A DNA stretch of 64,000 bases. It comes from Auanema rhodensis (Eukaryota > Animalia > Nematoda). A program made the translations under genes and the position numbers. The stretch is from contig OZ059897.1 in the NCBI GenBank assembly GCA_964057225.1, positions 1,612,001-1,676,000 on the forward strand. The letters are read 5' to 3'. Shown here piece by piece: positions 1 through 15,000 of the stretch (positions are counted from its first letter, which is position 1; each line of letters opens with the position of its first letter). The notes below the pieces were generated by a model. It made no database searches. It worked only from the letters and a program-made list of their open reading frames with translations, and had not been told where the DNA came from.

Positions 1-3000
1 CTCTAGCTGGTTTTCAATTTTTATGAGATTTTTCATCATCTTACAACAAATTCAATTGAATCTAACATGAATTATTTTTTCGTTTTGAAAAGCATTGAAT
101 ATCATTGTTCCTTGTAATATTGGATTTGATTATTGCTTTGTTAGCTTTATGATTTTGCTACTGTATAGCTTCAGTTTGCTGCACTAGCTGGTTTTCAATT
201 TTTATGAGAATTTTCATCATCTTACAACAAATTCAATTGAAACTAACATGAAATAATTTTTCGTTTTGAAAAGCATTGAATATCATTGTTCCTTATAATA
301 TTGGATTTGAATATTGTTTCGTTAGTTTTATGATTTTTGCTACTACATGTCATGTGTTTACTGCTCTAGCTGGTTTTCAATTTTTATGAGATTTTTCATC
401 ATCTTACAACAAATTCAATTGAATCTAACATGAATTATTTTTTCGTTTTGAAAACCATTGAATATCATTGTTCCTTGTAATATTGGATTTGATTATTGCT
501 TTGTTAGCTTTATGATTTTTGCTACTGTATAGCTTCAGTTTGCTGCTCTAGCTGGTTTTCAATTTTTATGAGATTTTTCATCATCTTATAACAAATTCAA
601 TTGAATCTAACATGAAATAATTTTTCGTTTTGAAAAGCATTGAATATCATTGTTCCTTATAATATTGGATTTGAATATTGCTTCGTTAGTTTTATGATTT
701 TTGCTACTACATGTCATGTGTTTAGTGCTCTAGCTGGTTTTCAATTTTTATGAGATTTTTCATCATCTTACAACAAATTCAATTGAATCTAACATGAATT
801 ATTTTTTCGTTTTGAAAAGCATTGAATATCATTGTTCCTTGTAATATTGGATTTGATTATTGCTTTGTTAGCTTTATGATTTTGCTACTGTATAGCTTCA
901 GTTTGCTGCTCTAGCTAGTTTTCAATTTTTATGAGAATTTTCATCATCTTACAACAAATTCAATTGAATCTAACATGAATTATTTTTTCGTTTTGAAAAG
1001 CATTGAATATCATTGTTCCTTGTAATATTGGATTTGATTATTGCTTTGTTAGCTTTATGATTTTTGCTACTGTATAGCTTCAGTTTGCTGCTCTAGCTGG
1101 TTTTCAATTTTTATGAGATTTTTCATCATCTTATAACAAATTCAATTGAATCTAACATGAAATAATTTTTCGTTTTGAAAAGCATTGAATATCATCGTTT
1201 CTTGTAATAATTGATTTGAATATTGCTTCGTTAGTTTTATGATTTTTGCTACTACATGTCATGTGTTTACTGCTCTAGCTGGTTTTCAATTTTTATGAGA
1301 TTTTTCATCATCTTACAACAAATTCAATTGAATCTAACATGAAATAATTATTCGTTTTGAAAAGCATTGAATATCATTGTTCCTTATAATATTGGATTTG
1401 AATATTGCTTCGTTAGTTTTATGATTTTTGCTACTACATGTCATGTGTTTACTGCTCTAGCTGGTTTTCAATTTTTATGAGATTTTTCATCATCTTACAA
1501 CAAATTCAATTGAATCTAACATGAATTATTGTTTTGTTTTGAAAACCATTGAATATCATTGTTCCTTGTAATATTGGATTTGATTATTGCTTTGTTAGCT
1601 TTAAGATGTTTGCTACTACATGTCATGTGTTTGCTGCTCTAGCTGGTTTTCAATTTTTATTAGATTTTTCACCATCTTGCAACAAATTCATTTGAATCTA
1701 ATATGAACTATTTTTTCGTTTTGAAAAGCATTGAATATCATTGTTCCTTGTAATATTGGATTTGATTATTGCTTTGTTAGCTTTATGATTTTTGCTACTG
1801 TATAGCTTCAGTTTGCTGCTCTAGCTGGTTTTCAATTTTTATGAGATTTTTCATCATCTTACAACAAATTCAATTGAATCTAACATGAATTATTTTTTCG
1901 TTTTGAAAAGCATTGAAAATCATCGTTTCTTGTAATAATTGATTTGAATATTGCTTTGTTAGCTTTAAGATGTTTGCTTCTGCATAGCTTCAGTTTTCTG
2001 CTCTAGCTGGTTTTCAATTTTTATTAGATTTTTCACCATCTTGCAACAAATTCATTTGAATCTAATATGGACTATTTTTTCGTTTTGAAAAGCATTGAAT
2101 ATCATTGTTCCTTGTAATATTGGATTTGATTATTGCTTTGTTAGCTTTATGATTTTTGCTACTGTATAGCTTCAGTTTGCTGCTCTAGCTGGTTTTCAAT
2201 TTTTATGAGATTTTTCATCATCTTACAACAAATTCAATTGAATCTAACATGAATTATTTTTTCGTTTTGAAAAGCATTGAAAATCATCGTTTCTTGTAAT
2301 AATTGATTTGAATATTGCTTTGTTAGCTTTAAGATGTTTGCTTCTGCATAGCTTCAGTTTTCTGCTCTAGCTGGTTTTCAATTTTTATTAGATTTTTCAC
2401 CATCTTGCAACAAATTCATTTGAATCTAATATGAACTATTTTTTCGTTTTGAAAAGCATTGAATATCATTGTTTCTTGTAATAATTGATTTGAATACTGC
2501 TTTGTTAGCTTTAAGATGTTTGCTACTGTATAGCTGCAGTTTGCTGCTCTAGCTGGTTTTCAATTTTTATTAGATTTTTCACCATCTTGCAACAAATTCA
2601 TTTGAATCTAATATGAACTATTTTTCCGTTTCAAATAGTAGTGAATATCATTGTTTCTTGTAATAATTGATTTGAATACTGCTTTGTTAGCTTTAAGATG
2701 TTTGCTACTGTATAGCTTCAGTTTACTGCTCTAGCTGGTTTTCAATTTTTATGAGATTTTTCATCATCTTACAACAAATTCAATTGAATCTAACATGAAT
2801 TATTTTTTCGTTTTGAAAAGCATTGAAAATCATCGTTTCTTGTAATAATTGATTTGAATATTGCTTTGTTAGCTTTAAGATGTTTGCTTCTGCATAGCTT
2901 CAGTTTTCTGCTCTAGCTGGTTTTCAATTTTTATTAGATTTTTCACCATCTTGCAACAAATTCATTTGAATCTAACATGAATTATTGTTTTGTTTTGAAA

Positions 3001-6000
3001 ACCATTGAATATCATTGTTCCTTGTAATGTTGGATTTGATTATTGCTTTGTTAGCTTTAAGATGTTTGCTACTGTATAGCTGCAGTTTGCTGCTCTAGCT
3101 GGTTTTCAATTTTTATGAGATTTTTCATCATCTTACAACAAATTCAATTGAATCTAACATGAATTATTTTTTCGTTTTGAAAAGCATTGAATATCATTGT
3201 TCCTTGTAATATTGGATTTGATTATTGCTTTGTTAGCTTTATGATTTTTGCTACTGTATAGCTTCAGTTTGCTGCTCTAGCTGGTTTTCAATTTTTATGA
3301 GATTTTTCATCATCTTACAACAAATTCAATTGAATCTAACATTAAATAATTATTCGTTTTGAAAAGCATTGAATATCATTGTTCCTTATAATATTGGATT
3401 TGAATATTGCTTCGTTAGTTTTATGATTTTTGCTACTACATGTCATGTGTTTACTGCTCTAGCTGGTTTTCAATTTTTATGAGATTTTTCATCATCTTAC
3501 AACAAATTCAATTGAATCTAACATGAATTATTGTTTTGTTTTGAAAACCATTGAATATCATTGTTCCTTATAATATTGGATTTGAATATTGCTTCGTTAG
3601 TTTTATGATTTTTGCTACTACATGTCATGTGTTTACTGCTCTAGCTGGTTTTCAATTTTTATGAGATTTTTCATCATCTTACAACAAATTCAATTGAATC
3701 TAACATGAATCATTTTTTCGTTTTGAAAAGCATTGAATATCATTGTTCCTTGTAATATTGGATTTGATTATTTCTTTGTTAGCTTTATGATTTTTGCTAC
3801 TGTATAGCTTCAGTTTGCTGCTCTAGCTGGTTTTCAATTTTTATGAGATTTTTCATCATCTTACAACAAATTCAATTGAATCTAACATGAAATAATTATT
3901 CGTTTTGAAAAGCATTGAATATTATTGTTCCTTATAATATTGGATTTGAATATTGCTTCGTTAGTTTTATGATTTTTGCTACTACATGTCATGTGTTTAC
4001 TGCTCTAGCTGGTTTTCAATTTTTATGAGATTTTTCATCATCTTACAACAAATTCAATTGAATCTAACATGAATTATTTTTTCGTTTTGAAAAGCATTGA
4101 ATATCATTGTTCCTTGTAATATTGGATTTGATTATTGCTTTGTTAGCTTTATGATTTTTGCTACTGTATAGCTTCAGTTTGCTGCTCTAGCTGGTTTTCA
4201 ATTTTTATGAGATTTTTTATCATCTTACAACAAATTCAATTGAATCTAACATGAATTATTTTTTCGTTTTGAAAAGCATTGAATATCATTGTTCCTTATA
4301 ATATTGGATTTGAATATTGCTTCGTTAGTTTTATGATTTTTGCTACTACATGTCATGTGTTTAGTGCTCTAGCTGGTTTTCAATTTTTATGAGATTTTTC
4401 ATCATCTTACAACAAATTCAATTGAATCTAACAAGAAATAATTATTCGTTTTGAAAAGCATTGAATATCATTGTTCCTTATAATATTGGATTTGAATATT
4501 GCTTCGTTAGTTTTATGATTTTTGCTACTACATGTCATGTGTTTAGTGCTCTAGCTGGTTTTCAATTTTTATGAGATTTTTCATCATCTTACAACAAATT
4601 CAATTGAATCTAACATGAATTATTTTTTCGTTTTGAAAAGCATTGAATATCATTGTTCCTTGTAATATTGGATTTGATTATTGCTTTGTTAGCTTTATGA
4701 TTTTGCTACTGTATAGCTTCAGTTTGCTGCTCTAGCTGGTTTTCAATTTTTATGAGATTTTTCATCATCTTACAACAAATTCAATTGAATCTAACATGAA
4801 TTATTTTTTCGTTTTGAAAACCATTGAATATCATTGTTCCTTGTAATATTGGATTTGATTATTGCTTTGTTAGCTTTATGATTTTTGCTACTGTATAGCT
4901 TCAGTTTGCTGCTCTAGCTGGTTTTCAATTTTTATGAGATTTTTCATCATCTTACAACAAATTCAATTGAATCTAACATGAATTATTGTTTTGTTTTGAA
5001 AACCATTGAATATCATTGTTCCTTGTAATATTGGATTTGAATATTGCTTTGTTAGCTTTAAGATGTTTGCTACTGTATAGCTGCAGTTTGCTGCTCTAGC
5101 TGGTTTTCAATTTTTATGAGATTTTTCATCATCGTACAACAAATTCAATTGAATCTAACATGAATTATTTTTTCCTTTTGAAAAGCATTGAATATCATTG
5201 TTCCTTATAATATTGGATTTGATTATTGCTTTGTTAGCTTTAAGATGTTTGCTTCTGCATAGCTTCAGTTTACTGCTCTAGCTGGTTTTCAATTTTTATG
5301 AGATTTTTCATCATCGTACAACAAATTCAATTGAATCTAACATGAATTATTTTTTCGTTTTGAAAACCATTGAATATCATTGTTCCTTGTAATATTGGAT
5401 TTGATTATTGCTTTGTTAGCTTTAAGATGTTTGCTACTGTATAGCTGCAGTTTGCTGCTCTAGCTGGTTTTCAATTTTTATGAGATTTTTCACCATCTTG
5501 CAACAAATTCATTTGAATCTAACATGAATTTTTTTTTCGTTTTGAAAAGCATTGAATATCATTGTTCCTTATAATATTGGATTTGATTATTGCTTTGTTA
5601 GCTTTAAGATGTTTGCTTCTGCATAGCTTCAGTTTACTGCTCTAGCTGGTTTTCAATTTTTATGAGATTTTTCATCATCGTACAACAAATTCAATTGAAT
5701 CTAACATGAATTATTTTTTCGTTTTGAAAACCATTGAATATCATTGTTCCTTGTAATATTGGATTTGATTATTGCTTTGTTAGCTTTAAGATGTTTGCTA
5801 CTGTATAGCTGCAGTTTGCTGCTCTAGCTGGTTTTCAATTTTTATTAGATTTTTCACCATCTTGCAACAAATTCAATTGAATCTAACATGAATTATTGTT
5901 TTGTTTTGAAAACCATTGAATATCATTGTTCCTTATAATATTGGATCTGAATATTGCTTTGTTAGCTTTAAGATGTTTGCTTCTGCATAGCTTCAGTTTA

Positions 6001-9000
6001 CTGCTCTAGCTGGTTTTCAATTTTTATGAGATTTTTCACCATCTTGCAACAAATTCATTTGAATCTAACATGAATTTTTTTTTCGTTTTGAAAAGCATTG
6101 AATATCATTGTTCCTTATAATATTGGATTTGATTATTGCTTTGTTAGCTTTAAGATGTTTGCTTCTGCATAGCTTCAGTTTACTGCTCTAGCTGGTTTTC
6201 AATTTTTATGAGATTTTTCATCATCGTACAACAAATTCAATTGAATCTAACATGAATTATTTTTTCGTTTTGAAAACCATTGAATATCATTGTTCCTTGT
6301 AATATTGGATTTGATTATTGCTTTGTTAGCTTTAAGATGTTTGCTACTGTATAGCTGCAGTTTGCTGCTCTAGCTGGTTTTCAATTTTTATTAGATTTTT
6401 CACCATCTTGCAACAAATTCAATTGAATCTAACATGAATTATTGTTTTGTTTTGAAAACCATTGAATATCATTGTTCCTTATAATATTGGATCTGAATAT
6501 TGCTTTGTTAGCTTTAAGATGTTTGCTTCTGCATAGCTTCAGTTTACTGCTCTAGCTGGTTTTCAATTTTTATGAGATTTTTCATCATCGTACAACAAAT
6601 TCAATTGAATCTAACATGAATTATTTTTTCGTTTTGAAAAGCATTGAATATCATTGTTCCTTGTAATATTGGATTTGATTATTGCTTTGTTAGCTTTAAG
6701 ATGTTTGCTTCTGCATAGCTTCAGTTTACTGCTCTAGCTGGTTTTCAATTTTTATGAGATTTTTCATCATCTTACAACAAATTCAATTGAATCTAACATA
6801 AATTATTTTTTCGTTTTGAAAAGCATTGAATATCATTGTTCCATGTAATATTGGATTTGATTATTGCTTTGTTAGCTTTATGATTTTTGCTACTGTTTAG
6901 CTTCAGTTTGCTGCTCTAGCTGGTTTTCAATTTTTATTAGATTTTTCACCATCTTGCAACAAATTCATTTGAATCTAATATGAACTATTTTTCCGTTTCA
7001 AATAGTAGTGAATATCATTGTTTCTTGTAATATTGGATTTGAATATTGCTTTGTTTGCTTTAAGATTTTTGCTACTACATGCCCTGTGTTTACTGCTCTA
7101 GCTAGTTTTCCATTTTTATGAGAATAATCGTCCTGTGACAACAAATTCATTTGAATCTAATATGAATTTTTTTTTTTAAAAAGCATCGAATATCATTATT
7201 TCTTGTAATGATGGATTTGAATATTGCTTTGTTTGCTTTAAGATTTTTGCTACTACATGCCCTGTGTTTACTGCTCTAGCTAGTTTTCCATTTTTATGAG
7301 ATTTTTCATCATCTTACAACAAATTCAATTGAATCTAATATGAACTATTTTTTCGTTTTGAAAAGCATTGAATTTCATTGTTTCTTGTAATAATTGATTT
7401 GAATACTGCTTTGTTAGCTTTAAGATGTTTGCTACTGTATAGCTGCAGTTTGCTGCTCTAGCTGGTTTTCAATTTTTATGAGATTTTTCATCATCTTACA
7501 ACAAATTCATTTGAATCTAATATGAACTATTTTTTCGTTTTGAAAAGCATTGAATTTCATTGTTTCTTGTAATAATTGATTTGAATACTGCTTTGTTAGC
7601 TTTAAGATGTTTGCTACTGTATAGCTGCAGTTTGCTGCTCTAGCTGGTTTTCAATTTTTATGAGATTTTTCATCATCTTACAACAAATTCAATTGAATCT
7701 AACATGAAATATTTTTTCTTTTTAAAAAGCATTGAATATCATTGTTTCTTATAATATTGGATTTGAATATTGCTTCGTTAGTTTTATAATTTTTGCTACT
7801 ACATGTCATGTGTTTACTGCTCTAGCTGGTTTTCAATTTTTATGAGATTGTTCATCATCTTACAACAAATTCAATTGAACCTAACATGAATTATTTTTTC
7901 GTTTTAAAAAGCATTGAATTTCATTGTTTCTTGTAATATTGGATTTGATTATTGCTTTGTTAGCTTTATGATTTTTGCTACTGTATAGCTTCAGTTTGCT
8001 GCTCTAGCTGGTTTTCAATTTTTATCAGATTTTTCATCATCTTATAACAAATTCAATTGAATCTAACATGAATTATTTTTTCGTTTTGAAAAGCATTGAA
8101 TATCATTGTTCCTTATAATATTGGATTTGATTATTGCTTTGTTAGCTTTAAGATGTTTGCTTCTGCATAGCTTCAGTTTACTGCTCTAGCTGGTTTTCAA
8201 TTTTTATGAGATTTTTCATCATCTTACAACAAATTCAATTGAATTTAACATAAATTATTTTTTCGTTTTGAAAAGCATTGAATATCATTGTTTCTTGTAA
8301 TATTGGATTTGAATATTGCTTTGTTTGCTTTAAGATTTTTGCTACTACATGCCCTGTGTTTACTGCTCTAGCTAGTTTTCCATTTTTATGAGATTTTTCA
8401 TCATCTTACAACAAATTCAATTGAATCTAATATGAATTATTTTTTCGTTTTGAAAAGCATTGAATATCATTGTTCCTTATAATATTGGATTTGATTATTG
8501 CTTTGTTAGCTTTAAGATGTTTGCTTCTGCATAGCTTCAGTTTACTGCTCTAGCTGGTTTTCAATTTTTATGAGATTTTTCATCATCTTACAACAAATTC
8601 ATTTGAATCTAATATGAACTATTTTTTCGTTTTGAAAAGCATTGAATTTCATTGTTTCTTGTAATAATTGATTTGAATACTGCTTTGTTAGCTTTAAGAT
8701 GTTTGCTACTGTATAGCTGCAGTTTGCTGCTCTAGCTGGTTTTCAATTTTTATGAGATTTTTCATCATCTTACAACAAATTCAATTGAATCTAACATGAA
8801 ATATTTTTTCTTTTTAAAAAGCATTGAATATCATTGTTTCTTATAATATTGGATTTGAATATTGCTTCGTTAGTTTTATAATTTTTGCTACTACATGTCA
8901 TGTGTTTACTGCTCTAGCTGGTTTTCAATTTTTATGAGATTGTTCATCATCTTACAACAAATTCAATTGAATCTAACATGAATTATTTTTTCGTTTTAAA

Positions 9001-12000
9001 AAGCATTGAATTTCATTGTTTCTTGTAATGATGGATTTGAATATTGCTTTGTTTGTTTTAAGATTTTGCTACTGCATAGCTTCAGTTTGCTGCTCTAGCT
9101 GGTTTTCAATTTTTATTAGATTTTTCATCATCTTACAACAAATTCAATTGAATCTAACATGAAATATTTTTTCTTTTTAAAAAGCATTGAATTTCATTGT
9201 TTCTTGTAATGATGGATTTGAATATTGCTTTGTTAGCTTTAAGATGTTTGCTTCTGCATAGCTTCAGTTTACTGCTCTAGCTGGTTTTCAATTTTTATTA
9301 GATTTTTCATCATCTTACAACAAATTCAATTGAATCTAACATGAATTATTTTTTCGTTTTAAAAAGCATTGAATTTCATTGTTTCTTGTAATGATGGATT
9401 TGAATATTGCTTTGTTTGCTTTAAGATTTTTGCTACTACATGCCCTGTGTTTACTGCTCTAGCTGGTTTTCAATTTTTATTAGATTTTTCATCATCTTAC
9501 AACAAATTCAATTGAATCTAACATGAATTATTTTTTCGTTTTAAAAAGCATTGAATTTCATTGTTTCTTGTAATATTGGATTTGAATATTACTTTGATAG
9601 TTATAAGATTTTTGCTACTACATGCCCTGTGTTTACTGCTCTAGCTAGTTTTCCATTTTTTTTAGATTTTTCATCATCTTGAAACAAATTCATTTGAAGC
9701 TAATATGAATTATTTTTTCGTTTTAAAAAGCATTGAATATCATTTTTTCGTGTAATAATCGTTTTGAATATTGCTTCGTTTGTTTTAAGATTTTGCTACT
9801 GCATAGCTTCAGTTTGCTGCTCTAGCTGGTTTTCAATTTTTATGAGATTTTTCATAATCTTGCAACAAATTCATTTGAATCTAATATGAACTATTTTTTC
9901 GTTTTAAATAGTAGTGAATTTCATTGTTTCTTGTAATGATGGATTTGAATATTGCTTTGTTACCTTTAAGATTTTTGCTACTACATCTCCTGTGTTTACT
10001 GCTCTAGCTGGTTTTCCATTTTTATTAGATTTTTCATCATCTTGCAACAAATTCATTTGAAGCTAATATGAATTATTTTTTCGTTTTGAAAAGCATTGAA
10101 TATCATTGTTCCTTGTAATAATTGATTTGAATATTGCTTTGTTAGCTTTAAGATGTTTGCTTCTGCATAGCTTCAGTTTGCTGCTCTAGCTGGTTTTCAA
10201 TTTTTATTAGATTTTTCATCATCTTACAACAAATTCAATTGAATCTAACATGAAATATTTTTTTATTTTAAAAAGCATTGAATATCATTGTTTCTTATAA
10301 TATTGGATTTGAATATTGCTTCGTTAGTTTTATGATTTTTGCTACTACATGCCCTGTGTTTACTGCTCTAGCTGGTTTTCAATTTTTATGAGATTTTTCA
10401 CCATCTTGCAACAAATTCATTTGAATCTAACATGAATTTTTTTTTCGTTTTGAAAAGCATTGAATATCATTGTTCCTTATAATATTGGATTTGATTATTG
10501 CTTTGTTAGCTTTAAGATGTTTGCTTCTGCATAGCTTCAGTTTACTGCTCTAGCTGGTTTTCAATTTTTATGAGATTTTTCATCATCGTACAACAAATTC
10601 AATTGAATCTAACATGAATTATTTTTTCGTTTTGAAAACCATTGAATATCATTGTTCCTTGTAATATTGGATTTGATTATTGCTTTGTTAGCTTTAAGAT
10701 GTTTGCTACTGTATAGCTGCAGTTTGCTGCTCTAGCTGGTTTTCAATTTTTATTAGATTTTTCACCATCTTGCAACAAATTCAATTGAATCTAACATGAA
10801 TTATTGTTTTGTTTTGAAAACCATTGAATATCATTGTTCCTTATAATATTGGATCTGAATATTGCTTTGTTAGCTTTAAGATGTTTGCTTCTGCATAGCT
10901 TCAGTTTACTGCTCTAGCTGGTTTTCAATTTTTATGAGATTTTTCACCATCTTGCAACAAATTCATTTGAATCTAACATGAATTTTTTTTTCGTTTTGAA
11001 AAGCATTGAATATCATTGTTCCTTATAATATTGGATTTGATTATTGCTTTGTTAGCTTTAAGATGTTTGCTTCTGCATAGCTTCAGTTTACTGCTCTAGC
11101 TGGTTTTCAATTTTTATGAGATTTTTCATCATCGTACAACAAATTCAATTGAATCTAACATGAATTATTTTTTCGTTTTGAAAACCATTGAATATCATTG
11201 TTCCTTGTAATATTGGATTTGATTATTGCTTTGTTAGCTTTAAGATGTTTGCTACTGTATAGCTGCAGTTTGCTGCTCTAGCTGGTTTTCAATTTTTATT
11301 AGATTTTTCACCATCTTGCAACAAATTCAATTGAATCTAACATGAATTATTGTTTTGTTTTGAAAACCATTGAATATCATTGTTCCTTATAATATTGGAT
11401 CTGAATATTGCTTTGTTAGCTTTAAGATGTTTGCTTCTGCATAGCTTCAGTTTACTGCTCTAGCTGGTTTTCAATTTTTATGAGATTTTTCATCATCGTA
11501 CAACAAATTCAATTGAATCTAACATGAATTATTTTTTCGTTTTGAAAAGCATTGAATATCATTGTTCCTTGTAATATTGGATTTGATTATTGCTTTGTTA
11601 GCTTTAAGATGTTTGCTTCTGCATAGCTTCAGTTTACTGCTCTAGCTGGTTTTCAATTTTTATGAGATTTTTCATCATCTTACAACAAATTCAATTGAAT
11701 CTAACATAAATTATTTTTTCGTTTTGAAAAGCATTGAATATCATTGTTCCATGTAATATTGGATTTGATTATTGCTTTGTTAGCTTTATGATTTTTGCTA
11801 CTGTTTAGCTTCAGTTTGCTGCTCTAGCTGGTTTTCAATTTTTATTAGATTTTTCACCATCTTGCAACAAATTCATTTGAATCTAACATGAAATATTTTT
11901 TCTTTTTAAAAAGCATTGAATTTCATTGTTTCTTGTAATGATGGATTTGAATATTGCTTTGTTAGCTTTAAGATGTTTGCTTCTGCATAGCTTCAGTTTA

Positions 12001-15000
12001 CTGCTCTAGCTGGTTTTCAATTTTTATTAGATTTTTCATCATCTTACAACAAATTCAATTGAATCTAACATGAATTATTTTTTCGTTTTAAAAAGCATTG
12101 AATTTCATTGTTTCTTGTAATGATGGATTTGAATATTGCTTTGTTTGCTTTAAGATTTTTGCTACTACATGCCCTGTGTTTACTGCTCTAGCTGGTTTTC
12201 AATTTTTATGAGATTTTTCATCATCTTACAACAAATTCAATTGAATCTAACATGAACTATTTTTTAGTTTCAAATAGTAGTGAATATCATTGTTTCTTGT
12301 AATATTGGATTTGAATATTACTTTGATAGTTATAAGATTTTTGCTACTACATCTCCTGTGTTTACTGCTCTAGCTGGTTTTCCATTTTTATTAGATTTTT
12401 CATCATCTTGCAACAAATTCATTTGAATCTAATATGAATTATTTTTTCGTTTTAAAAAGCATTGAATATCATTTTTTCGTGTAATAATCGTTTTGAATAT
12501 TGCTTCGTTTGTTTTAAGATTTTGCTACTGCATAGCTGCAGTTTGCTGCTCTAGCTGGTTTTCAATTTTTATTAGATTTTTCATAATCTTGCAACAAATT
12601 CATTTGAATCTAATATGAACTATTCTTTCGTTTCAAATAGTAGTGAATATCATTGTTTCTTGTAATATTGGATTTGAATATTACTTTGATAGTTATAAGA
12701 TTTTTGCTACTACATGCCCTGTGTTTACTGCTCTAGCTAGTTTTCCATTTTTATTAGATTTTTCATCATCTTGCAACAAATTCATTTGAAGCTAATATGA
12801 ATTATTTTTTCGTTTTAAAAAGCATTGAATATCATTTTTTCGTGTAATAATCGTTTTGAATATTGCTTCGTTTGTTTTAAGATTTTGCTACTGCATAGCT
12901 TCAGTTTGCTGCTCTAGCTGGTTTTCAATTTTTATTAGATTTTTCATAATCTTGCAACAAATGCATTTGAATCTAATATGAACTATTTTTTCGTTTCAAA
13001 TAGTAGTGAATATCATTGTTTCTTGTAATATTGGATTTGAATATTACTTTGATAGTTATAAGATTTTTGCTACTACATCTCCTGTGTTTACTGCTCTAGC
13101 TGGTTTTCCATTTTTATTAGATTTTTCATCATCTTGCAACAAATTCATTTGAATCTAATATGAATTATTTTTTCGTTTTAAAAAGCATTGAATATCATTT
13201 TTTCGTGTAATAATCGTTTTGAATATTGCTTCGTTTGTTTTAAGATTTTGCTACTGCATAGCTGCAGTTTGCTGCTCTAGCTGGTTTTCAATTTTTATGA
13301 GATTGTTCATCATCTTACAACAAATTCAATTGAATCTAACATGAATTCTTTTTTCGTTTTAAAAAGCATTGAATTTCATTGTTTCTTGTAATGATGGATT
13401 TGAATATTGCTTTGTTTGTTTTAAGATTTTTGCTACTACATGCCCTGTGTTTACTGCTCTAGCTGGTTTTCCATTTTTATTAGATTTTTCATCATCTTGC
13501 AACAAATTCATTTGAAGCTAATATGAATTATTTTTTCGTTTTAAAAAGCATTGAATATCATTTTTTCGTGTAATAATCGTTTTGAATATTGCTTCGTTTG
13601 TTTTAAGATTTTGCTACTGCATAGCTGCAGTTTGCTGCTCTAGCTGGTTTTCAATTTTTATTAGATTTTTCATAATCTTGCAACAAATGCATTTGAATCT
13701 AATATGAACTATTTTTTCGTTTCAAATAGTAGTGAATATCATTGTTTCTTGTAATATTGGATTTGAATATTACTTTGATAGTTATAAGATTTTTGCTACT
13801 ACATGCCCTGTGTTTACTGCTCTAGCTAGTTTTCAATTTTTATTAGATTTTTCATAATCTTGCAACAAATTCATTTGAATCTAATATGAACTATTTTTTA
13901 GTTTCAAATAGTAGTGAATATCATTGTTTCTTGTAATATTGGATTTGAATATTACTTTGATAGTTATAAGATTTTTGCTACTACATGCCCTGTGTTTACT
14001 GCTCTAGCTGGTTTTCAATTTTTATGAGATTTTTCATAATCTTACAACAAATTCAATTGAATCTAACATGAATTATTTTTTCGTTTTAAAAAGCATTGAA
14101 TTTCATTGTTTCTTGTAATGATGGATTTGAATATTGCTTTGTTTGTTTTAAGATTTTTGCTACTACATGCCCTGTGTTTACTGCTCTAGCTGGTTTTCCA
14201 TTTTTATTAGATTTTTCATCATCTTGCAACAAATTCATTTGAAGCTAATATGAATTATTTTTTCGTTTTAAAAAGCATTGAATATCATTTTTTCGTGTAA
14301 TAATCGTTTTGAATATTGCTTCGTTTGTTTTAAGATTTTGCTACTGCATAGCTGCAGTTTGCTGCTCTAGCTGGTTTTCAATTTTTATTAGATTTTTCAT
14401 AATCTTGCAACAAATTCATTTGAATCTAATATGAACTATTCTTTCGTTTCAAATAGTAGTGAATATCATTGTTTCTTGTAATATTGGATTTGAATATTAC
14501 TTTGATAGTTATAAGATTTTTGCTACTACATGCCCTGTGTTTACTGCTCTAGCTAGTTTTCCATTTTTATTAGATTTTTCATCATCTTGCAACAAATTCA
14601 TTTGAAGCTAATATGAATTATTTTTTCGTTTTAAAAAGCATTGAATATCATTTTTTCGTGTAATAATCGTTTTGAATATTGCTTCGTTTGTTTTAAGATT
14701 TTGCTACTGCATAGCTTCAGTTTGCTGCTCTAGCTAGTTTTCAATTTTTATTAGATTTTTCATAATCTTGCAACAAATTCATTTGAATCTAATATGAACT
14801 ATTTTTTAGTTTCAAATAGTAGTGAATATCTTTGTTTCTTGTAATATTGGATTTGAATATTACTTTGATAGTTATAAGATTTTTGCTACTACATCTCCTG
14901 TGTTTACTGCTCTAGCTGGTTTTCCATTTTTATTAGATTTTTCATCATCTTGCAACAAATTCATTTGAATCTAATATGAATTATTTTTTCGTTTTAAAAA

